A DNA stretch of 64,000 bases from Flavobacteria bacterium MS024-2A. GTDB lineage: Bacteria; Bacteroidota; Bacteroidia; Flavobacteriales; Flavobacteriaceae. Positions 57,185 to 64,000 of the stretch are shown in pieces. How positions within the stretch are numbered: position 1 is the first letter of the stretch; each line of letters starts with the position of its first letter. Made by a program: the position numbers and the translations under genes. Location: the NCBI GenBank assembly GCA_905182305.1, contig CAJJBB010000001.1, forward strand, positions 39,326 through 103,325, given 5' to 3'. The notes below the pieces were generated by a model. The model saw nothing but the letters and a program-made list of their open reading frames with translations. It was not told the DNA's origin and ran no database searches.

Positions 57185-58441
57185 TTAATAGTCTAGTCTA
57201 TTGGCATCAAAGCTTAAATAAATAAACAGCATTAAACTAAAGGCTAGTAAATTTGACCCTCCATAACTAATGAAAGGTAATGGGATTCCTACAGTGGGAA
57301 CTAGTCCCAATGTCATCCCAATGTTTACGAAAAAGTGAACAAAAAGCATACTAGCAAAAGAGTATGAAAATACTCTGGCATAAGTAGAAGTATGTCGTTC
57401 GGCTTTATAAATTATTCTAAAAATAAGTATTACAAATAATAGAATTAGGGTTACACTTCCTAGAAACCCCCATTCCTCTCCCACAATACTAAAAATATAA
57501 TCTGTCTCTTGTTCTGGAACAAAATTTCCTTTTGTTTGTGAACCGTTGAGAAAGCCTTTTCCACTAAACCCTCCAGAACCAATAGCAATTTTAGATTGAT
57601 TTATATTGTAGCCGATTCCTCTTGAATCTGTTTCGAGACCTAAAATAATATTAAAACGATCCCTGTGCCTTTGTTCAAAAACAGTATTGAAAATAAGACT
57701 AACAGAGTAGGAGAATACTATTCCAATAATTAATGTTAAAATAAAGGGATTTTTTTTTGTTTTGGGGTATCTTCTTTTTATCAGATTATATATGATTAAA
57801 AAAATAAATCCCATTACTAAAGATAAGTTTAAGGGACTAAATAATAGTGTAAGAAAAAAAATTAGTAATAAACCTATTGCTAAAAAGAGAAATTTAAGAT
57901 TAAGCCCTTCCCTAATAAGCACAAAAAATATTCCCGTGAAGACTAGTGCAGAGCCAGCATCTGGTTGAAGAATGATCAATAACATTGGAAGGGAAACCAA
58001 TGAAATAATTTTTAATAAATGAGTATTTTTTTTCAAATCGTTTTGGAATGAACTTAGATTTAAAGCCACTACCATTACCGTGGTAATTTTAGCAAATTCA
58101 GAGGGTTGAAGACTGAAACTTCCTAAAGAGTACCATGAGGTTGCACCCGAAATAGTTTGGCCAAAAATAAAAAGGCCCAAAAGACTAAGTATTGATATAC
58201 CATAAAAAACATAGGTAAGATGTTCAAAAAAATTTGATTTTACGGCCAGTATAAGGGGAAGAATCATGAGACACGCTATGAAAATCCAAAATTGTTTTCC
58301 AACTAAGTAATCGGGATCCCAAAATAGGATTGTTGTATTTGAAAAGCCAGAAGAGTAAATATTGACTAAGCCAAATGAAACTAATAGTAGATAGAGTAAA
58401 ATACTCAGCCAGTCTAAACGGAAAAATATTTTTTTATTCAT
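57185..58441 (-). CDS. rodA: Rod shape-determining protein RodA (SEDS family)
   Basis: 418 aa with the FtsW/RodA/SpoVE pattern (...PSEFAKI..., ...QPDAGSAL..., ...GIPLPFISYGGS...). Confidence 0.9.
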   Translation of the reverse strand: MNKKIFFRLDWLSILLYLLLVSFGLVNIYSSGFSNTTILFWDPDYLVGKQFWIFIACLMILPLILAVKSNFFEHLTYVFYGISILSLLGLFIFGQTISGATSWYSLGSFSLQPSEFAKITTVMVVALNLSSFQNDLKKNTHLLKIISLVSLPMLLIILQPDAGSALVFTGIFFVLIREGLNLKFLFLAIGLLLIFFLTLLFSPLNLSLVMGFIFLIIYNLIKRRYPKTKKNPFILTLIIGIVFSYSVSLIFNTVFEQRHRDRFNIILGLETDSRGIGYNINQSKIAIGSGGFSGKGFLNGSQTKGNFVPEQETDYIFSIVGEEWGFLGSVTLILLFVILIFRIIYKAERHTSTYARVFSYSFASMLFVHFFVNIGMTLGLVPTVGIPLPFISYGGSNLLAFSLMLFIYLSFDANRLDY

Positions 58442-60296
58442 TTATAGTAAATGGTATTCCAGAAGTAGGTTTGGCATATTCCTCCAAAAGACTGCCTTCA
58501 AGCATTCTGTTTTCCAGCCACTTTCTCTTGACGTTTCCTGTCAAGTATTTTTCAATCATCAAACTAGCAATAGGAGCTGCCCAACGTCCACCCCAATAAC
58601 CATTTTCCACAAAAACAGTAATAGCAATTTTAGGATCTTCTTTTGGAGCAAAAGCTATAAAAATTGAGTGATCAGTTAGTTGTGTTTTTTCACCATTTAA
58701 ACGAATAAAATTCTCAACAGTTCCAGTTTTACCACAAACTTCAATGCCTTTTATACGTGCAATTTTTGCTGTTCCTTTTTCAACCACCTGATGCATTCCC
58801 TCAATTACAGTTTCAAAATGTTTGGTATCTATAAGTGTATAGTTTTTAGCGTAAAGAGAATCTTTTTCAGTTGGAGTAAATGATTTTTTAAAATGAGGTT
58901 TTATAAAGTATCCCCTATTTGCTATAGTTGCTGTAAAGTTTGCCATTTGAATGGGTGTGGTTAATACTTCTCCCTGTCCAATTGCGTTTGATATTATAGT
59001 TGTTCCTCCCCATGATCCTTTTTTATACCAACTATCGTAATAACTACTACCAGGAATAAAGCCTTTTTTACCAATGGGTAAATCATATCCCAAGTAGTCT
59101 CCAAGGCCAAATTTTTCAAGATGGTTTTTCCAAATATCAACACCCTCTGCTGGAGAAGGGGCGCTCTTAATTATTCCTAAATATGTTTTAGCAAAATATG
59201 TATTACAAGAATTATAAATACCTCTAAGTAAATCATTTTTAGAGCCAACTTTGCAGTGACATTTCATAAAGGCATTCTTTGAATAGGAATGACCTTTATT
59301 ACACCTAAATATTGTTTTGGGAGTGATTACATTTTCTTGTAAACCAATTAAGGCATTTAATGTTTTAAAGGGTGAACCAGGAGAATATTCTGCTTGAAGG
59401 GCCCGATCAAAAAGAGGCATAGCTAAGGTGTCATTTCTTAAGGTATTAAAGTTTTTTGAACGTTCACGACCAATTAATAAATTAGGATTAAAACTAGGCG
59501 CTGAAACCAAGGCTAAAACTTCTCCTGTGTTAGGTTCAATTGCTACAATACTCCCTCTTTTATTCTGTAATAAAGATTCACCATATTCTTGCAATAATCC
59601 ATCAATTGTAAGAGTTAAATCTTCCGCTGGCTTTAAGGCAATATCAAACACTCCTTCTTTATAGGGTCCTATAATTCTGTTAAAGCGATCTTTTTGAAAA
59701 AAAACAGCCCCTTTCTCTCCTTTTAAAATTGTTTCATAATTTTTTTCAATTCCTTGCCTACCAATCATTTCACCCAAAATATAATCAGTTTTTCCTCTCA
59801 GCTCTCCTTGATTCACCTCACTTGTATATCCTAAGACATTTGGTGCGATGGAAATAGTATAGTCTCTAACTGTCTTTTTTTGAAAATAAAATCCCGGATA
59901 TTTCCACATTTTCTCCTGAAAAAAAGCACGTGTTTCTTTTGAAACTTGTCGGATTATTATCGAAGGAAGCTTATTCGAAAAACGTTCTGCTTTTTTTAAT
60001 TGAGTAATAAGATCTTGTTTACTAATGTTTAAAACTGATGTTAGTTCCAGAGTGTCAAAAGGTTCTTGATTTTCTGGGATTACCATTAAGTCATAGGCTG
60101 GTTGATTTTTAACCAACAGAATTCCATTTCTATCATAAATTAATCCTCTATTTGGAAACACAGGACGTTCTTCAACTGCATTATTTAAAGAAAGCTCAGA
60201 ATATTCAGAATTAAATAATTGAAGTGATATTAACTGAAAAATGAACAATAAAGAGGCACCGATGGTAAAACTTAACAAAGTAATTTTTCGTATCAT
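58434..60296 (-). CDS. mrdA: Penicillin-binding protein 2 (elongasome transpeptidase)
   Basis: 620 aa with an N-terminal anchor. Carries an SxxK-containing SPGSPFKT, SCN and KTGT motifs. Overlaps the rodA start by 8 nt. Confidence 0.9.
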   Translation of the reverse strand: MIRKITLLSFTIGASLLFIFQLISLQLFNSEYSELSLNNAVEERPVFPNRGLIYDRNGILLVKNQPAYDLMVIPENQEPFDTLELTSVLNISKQDLITQLKKAERFSNKLPSIIIRQVSKETRAFFQEKMWKYPGFYFQKKTVRDYTISIAPNVLGYTSEVNQGELRGKTDYILGEMIGRQGIEKNYETILKGEKGAVFFQKDRFNRIIGPYKEGVFDIALKPAEDLTLTIDGLLQEYGESLLQNKRGSIVAIEPNTGEVLALVSAPSFNPNLLIGRERSKNFNTLRNDTLAMPLFDRALQAEYSPGSPFKTLNALIGLQENVITPKTIFRCNKGHSYSKNAFMKCHCKVGSKNDLLRGIYNSCNTYFAKTYLGIIKSAPSPAEGVDIWKNHLEKFGLGDYLGYDLPIGKKGFIPGSSYYDSWYKKGSWGGTTIISNAIGQGEVLTTPIQMANFTATIANRGYFIKPHFKKSFTPTEKDSLYAKNYTLIDTKHFETVIEGMHQVVEKGTAKIARIKGIEVCGKTGTVENFIRLNGEKTQLTDHSIFIAFAPKEDPKIAITVFVENGYWGGRWAAPIASLMIEKYLTGNVKRKWLENRMLEGSLLEEYAKPTSGIPFTINE

Positions 60297-60796
60297 TATT
60301 TAACTCTATATAAAGATGATATTAATAAGATTAAAATTAGGGAAAATATCATGGTGAGTAAACTATTCTTTATTATGAGTAAGAAAGCGTCTGCACTAAA
60401 ATATGCTATAGAAAAGTAAATTAAATGATGAACACTAATAAAAATAAGTAAAAACACGAAGTTATTAGTTTTTCTCGGATCGGTTAATATACTTTTGGGT
60501 CGCTCTGAAGTCAATCCATAGGAATATTTCATGATAATGGGTCTTAGATAGCTTACGGAAAGTGAAGCTATGGTATGAGCACCCCCGGTTTGGGAAATAA
60601 AATCTATAAAAAAACCAAGAAGAAATCCAATAAAAATATAAAAGGTTTGGTTTTGATCAAACGGATACATCACTAGAAATAAAAGATATAGCATTGGATT
60701 TACTGATCCAAAAATATTTATTTGATTAAAGAGCAATACTTGTGCAAGTATAAGAAGCACGAAAGACCCCATCATTTTCAGGATTTGTGAATTCAT
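60296..60796 (-). CDS. mreD: Rod shape-determining protein MreD
   Basis: 166 aa polytopic membrane protein positioned between mreC and mrdA. Confidence 0.75.
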   Translation of the reverse strand: MNSQILKMMGSFVLLILAQVLLFNQINIFGSVNPMLYLLFLVMYPFDQNQTFYIFIGFLLGFFIDFISQTGGAHTIASLSVSYLRPIIMKYSYGLTSERPKSILTDPRKTNNFVFLLIFISVHHLIYFSIAYFSADAFLLIIKNSLLTMIFSLILILLISSLYRVK

Positions 60797-61614
60797 TGCT
60801 TTATGTTTTGCATAAGAGAATTTATTTCCTTAAAATCACTATTTTCAATTACATAAGCTTTATATAGTTCAGCAGGATTTTCGAATAATTCAGCATCAAT
60901 TTTATAATATCCATTTTGAATATTATTTTCAAGATTAGTAACAACTCCCAATGGAATTCCATACGGAAAATATGATGACATTCCACCAGTTACTATCGTA
61001 TCTCCTTTTTTAATTGAAGATGTTGACACAACATCTTCAATACTAAATTTTTTAGGGTTTTTACCTTTCCATATTAAAGAGCCAAAAGTGGTTCTATTTT
61101 TAAAACGAACATTAATTTTCATGTCTTGATTTAGAATAGAAATGACACTTGCATAATTATCTGTAACTGCCTGGACAAGTCCTATGATCCCTTTGGCAGA
61201 GATGACTCCCATTTCTCTTTTAATTCCGGAAGCAGCCCCCTTGTCTATAATAATATAGTTGTATTGACTTTGAAAACTATTCTTAATAATATTAACTCTT
61301 TGAACGTCAAAAGGGAAGTTTGTTTTATTGTTACATCCTTCTGTATAAAGAAAAAGAGTATTAGATCTTATTTGGATAGATTTGAGCACTTCATTTTCTT
61401 TCAGGAGTCTTTGATTTTCTTTCTCTAAACGGAAATAGCGATTAATAGAATTCGAAAATGAATAAAGACTACTACTAAAAAAAAGACTTATTTTTTCTAA
61501 TTTCAATTGATGAAAATTACTATTAGCTTTTAAAAAAATTAGTGAAAAACCTAATAAAAATAAATAAAGAATTGAATTTCTATATTTTACGAACACATTT
61601 AAGATTCGTTGCAT
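60793..61614 (-). CDS. mreC: Rod shape-determining protein MreC
   Basis: 273 aa with an anchor, a coiled coil (LEKENQRLLKENEVLK) and beta domains (GIIGLV, TGGMSSYFPYGIPLG). Confidence 0.85.
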   Translation of the reverse strand: MQRILNVFVKYRNSILYLFLLGFSLIFLKANSNFHQLKLEKISLFFSSSLYSFSNSINRYFRLEKENQRLLKENEVLKSIQIRSNTLFLYTEGCNNKTNFPFDVQRVNIIKNSFQSQYNYIIIDKGAASGIKREMGVISAKGIIGLVQAVTDNYASVISILNQDMKINVRFKNRTTFGSLIWKGKNPKKFSIEDVVSTSSIKKGDTIVTGGMSSYFPYGIPLGVVTNLENNIQNGYYKIDAELFENPAELYKAYVIENSDFKEINSLMQNIKQ

Positions 61615-61621
61615 ACTTTAT

Positions 61622-62641
61622 TTATTTAAACAAGACAGTTTTAAAGCGCTCTAAATTTTTTAGTGCAATTCCAGTCCCTCTTACAACTGCCTGCAAAGGA
61701 TCTTCGGCAACATAAATGGGTAAATCTGTTTTTTGAGAAAGACGTTTGTCAAGACCCCTTAGAAGAGCACCTCCACCTGCTAAATATATCCCAGTATTAT
61801 AGATGTCTGCTGCAAGCTCAGGGGGAGTTTGTGATAAAGCTTCCATAATGGCATCTTCAATACGTACTACGGATTTGTCAACTGCTTTTGCAATTTCAGC
61901 ATGGTTGATCATTACTTGTTTTGGTTTACCGGACAATAAATCTCTTCCTTGAACAGACATTTGATCTGGTGGATTTTCTAATTCCTCCATTACACTACCA
62001 ACAATAATCTTTATTTTTTCAGCGGTTCGCTCTCCAATATAAAGGTTGTGTTTACTTCGCATGTAATTGATAATATCACTTGTAAAGACATCACCTGCAA
62101 TTTTGATAGACTTATCACAAACAATTCCAGAAAGAGCGATAATTGCAATTTCAGTAGTCCCTCCCCCTATATCAACAATCATGTTTCCTTTGGGTTGCAT
62201 AATATCAATTCCAATTCCAATCGCTGCAGCCATTGGCTCATGGATGAGATAAACTTCTTTACCATTAACACGTTCTGCAGATTCTCTGACTGCACGCATT
62301 TCTACTTCTGTAATTCCAGAAGGTATACAAATTACCATTCTAAGGGCAGGTGAAAAAAAGCGACGGCTAAGGGTGGGAATACTTTTGATTAAATGACTAA
62401 TCATTTGCTCTGACGCGTTAAAGTCCGCAATGACCCCGTCTTTTAAAGGTCGTACCGTTTTAATATTTTCATGAGTTTTTCCCTGCATCATACTTGCTTC
62501 ATGGCCAATGGCAATGACTTTACCACTTGTCCGATCAATAGCAACAATTGAAGGGCTATTCACAACAACTTTATCGTTATGAATAATTAGGGTATTTGCC
62601 GTACCTAAATCAATTGCTATTTCTTCTGTAAAAAATCCCAT
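61622..62641 (-). CDS. mreB: Rod shape-determining protein MreB
   Basis: 339 aa actin-like ATPase with IAIDLGTANTLI, DIGGGTTEIA and LAGGGALL motifs. Confidence 0.97.
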   Translation of the reverse strand: MGFFTEEIAIDLGTANTLIIHNDKVVVNSPSIVAIDRTSGKVIAIGHEASMMQGKTHENIKTVRPLKDGVIADFNASEQMISHLIKSIPTLSRRFFSPALRMVICIPSGITEVEMRAVRESAERVNGKEVYLIHEPMAAAIGIGIDIMQPKGNMIVDIGGGTTEIAIIALSGIVCDKSIKIAGDVFTSDIINYMRSKHNLYIGERTAEKIKIIVGSVMEELENPPDQMSVQGRDLLSGKPKQVMINHAEIAKAVDKSVVRIEDAIMEALSQTPPELAADIYNTGIYLAGGGALLRGLDKRLSQKTDLPIYVAEDPLQAVVRGTGIALKNLERFKTVLFK

Positions 62642-62673
62642 TTTTAATTGTATTGAATAGTTAAAATTATGAA

Positions 62674-64000
62674 TTAATGTTTAAAGTGTCGAGTTCCAGT
62701 AAAAACCATCGACATTTTATGGGTATTACAGTAGTCTATTGACAGTTTATCTTTAATTGAGCCTCCGGGTTGAATAACTGCTTTTATGCCTGAATTATTT
62801 GCAATTTCAACGCAGTCTGGAAAGGGAAAAAAGGCATCACTAGCTAAAGCAGATCCATCAAGATTAAAACCAAAGCTTTTCGCTTTATTAATCGCTTGAT
62901 TTAATGCGTCTACTCGAGATGTTTGGCCAGTTCCTGAGGCCAAAAGTTGTTGATTTTTAGCCAAAACAATCGTATTTGATTTTGTGTGTTTGCATATTTT
63001 TGAGGCAAAAAGTAAATCTTTATTATCAGTATCTGAAGGTCGGGTAATAGTTACAGTTGTTAAATCTTCTTGTTGATCAGTTTTTGAATCTTTATCTTGA
63101 ACTAAAACACCATTTAAGCAGGTTCTTATTGTTCTATTTGGAAGCGCTATCTGTTTTTGGCTAAGAATTATTCTATTTTTCTTTTGTTTTAATAACTCCA
63201 GTGCTTCATTCTCATAACCCGGCGCAATAACAACTTCACAAAACAGTGAGTGAATAGCTTTAGCCGTATCCAAATCAATTATTTTATTACTAATTAAAAC
63301 ACCTCCAAAAGCTGAGACGGGATCTCCCGCAAGTGCATCTTTATATGCGTTTACTAATGTGTCACGAACTGCGAAACCACAAGCATTATTGTGTTTCAAA
63401 ATACCAAAAGCTGGTTTCCCCTCATAAAACTCAAGCATTAGATTTACTGCTGCATCAATATCTAAGAGGTTATTGTATGAAATTTCTTTCCCATGTAAGT
63501 GTTCTAATAATTCATTTAAAGGGCCAAAAAAGCGCCCTTCTTGATGAGGATTCTCACCATAACGCAAAATTTGTGATTTACTAACACTCAACTTTAATCT
63601 ATCTTCTTTTTCATTAAAATGATTGAAAATGGCAGTGTCGTAATGTGAAGAAGTATGGAATGCTTTAACCGCATATTCTTTTCGCTCTTTTTGAGATGGA
63701 GCTCCTTGAGCTTTTGAATACAGCGCTATAAAAGAAGCATAGTCTTCTTTGTCTGAAATACAGAAAACATGATTAAAATTTTTGGCAGCGGCACGAATTA
63801 ATGCAATTCCTCCAATGTCTATTTTTTCTATAATTTCACTTTCAGGAGCATTTCCAGCTACTGTTTTCTCGAAAGGATATAAATCAACAATGACTAAATC
63901 AAATGAAGGTATTTCATGAGTTTCCATTTCTGCTTCGTCTGAAGCAACATCAGCTCTATTTAAAATTCCTCCAAATACTTTTGGGTGGAGTGTTTTTACT
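62674..64000 (-). CDS. purH: Bifunctional AICAR formyltransferase / IMP cyclohydrolase, 5' end beyond the window
   Basis: The frame stays open upstream of the track Met (63927) to the window edge and reads VKTLHPKVFGGILNR..., so the gene is partial here. The C-terminus ...VFTGTRHFKH is typical. Confidence 0.92.
   Translation of the reverse strand, partial: VKTLHPKVFGGILNRADVASDEAEMETHEIPSFDLVIVDLYPFEKTVAGNAPESEIIEKIDIGGIALIRAAAKNFNHVFCISDKEDYASFIALYSKAQGAPSQKERKEYAVKAFHTSSHYDTAIFNHFNEKEDRLKLSVSKSQILRYGENPHQEGRFFGPLNELLEHLHGKEISYNNLLDIDAAVNLMLEFYEGKPAFGILKHNNACGFAVRDTLVNAYKDALAGDPVSAFGGVLISNKIIDLDTAKAIHSLFCEVVIAPGYENEALELLKQKKNRIILSQKQIALPNRTIRTCLNGVLVQDKDSKTDQQEDLTTVTITRPSDTDNKDLLFASKICKHTKSNTIVLAKNQQLLASGTGQTSRVDALNQAINKAKSFGFNLDGSALASDAFFPFPDCVEIANNSGIKAVIQPGGSIKDKLSIDYCNTHKMSMVFTGTRHFKH

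Noticed and set aside
62674-63927. The track start of purH at Met 63927.
   Set aside because: The frame remains open to nt 64000 and encodes the conserved VKTLHPKVFGGIL segment, so the true start is outside the window.

Overview
This is a low-GC chromosomal segment that reads as core genome of a Flavobacteriia (Bacteroidota) bacterium. Supporting signs are mutY-ssb-gldE-gldD synteny, several exact TAnnTTTG (-7) promoter boxes, a class II HMG-CoA reductase overlapping a GYDIA-type GHMP kinase, and mreBCD-mrdA-rodA beside purH.

I can support about 60 protein genes and one tRNA-Phe(GAA). I also found one 30-aa Lys/Arg-rich gene that the ORF track misses, several rho-independent terminators and a few short repeats. 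Gene content, in order:
- a 5'-truncated TonB-dependent receptor
- an 8-gene acyl-CoA (beta-oxidation-like) cluster
- atpDC, recX, kdgK-eda, rng and hup
- the gliding genes gldE and gldD
- secreted hydrolases and phosphoesterases, and kynureninase
- a large BNR/sortilin-like protein, then rmuC and coaX
- an envelope cluster (outer-membrane protein, TPR protein, lptC, CorC-type protein, ppiD)
- two mevalonate-pathway genes
- DPP-IV with a POT peptide transporter
- lpxB, surE, an S41 peptidase, and the rod-shape/elongasome operon

I found no CRISPR array, transposase, integrase, prophage, toxin-antitoxin pair or recognisable defence genes. I do not see a convincing self-contained novel system. 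The observations most worth a second look are:
- a split APH-kinase plus ACAD10/11-like dehydrogenase module inside the acyl-CoA cluster, suggesting Lva-like 4-hydroxyacyl-CoA catabolism
- an adjacent ACAD pair in which only one member keeps the catalytic Glu box
- five reading-frame breaks in four conserved genes, all in the +1 direction
- a 21/25-nt direct copy of the tRNA-Phe 3' end about 0.6 kb away, which looks like a scar of an integrated element
- the unannotated bS22-like micro-gene
- short promoter-region repeats

All family assignments rest on motifs read by eye. No database search was possible.
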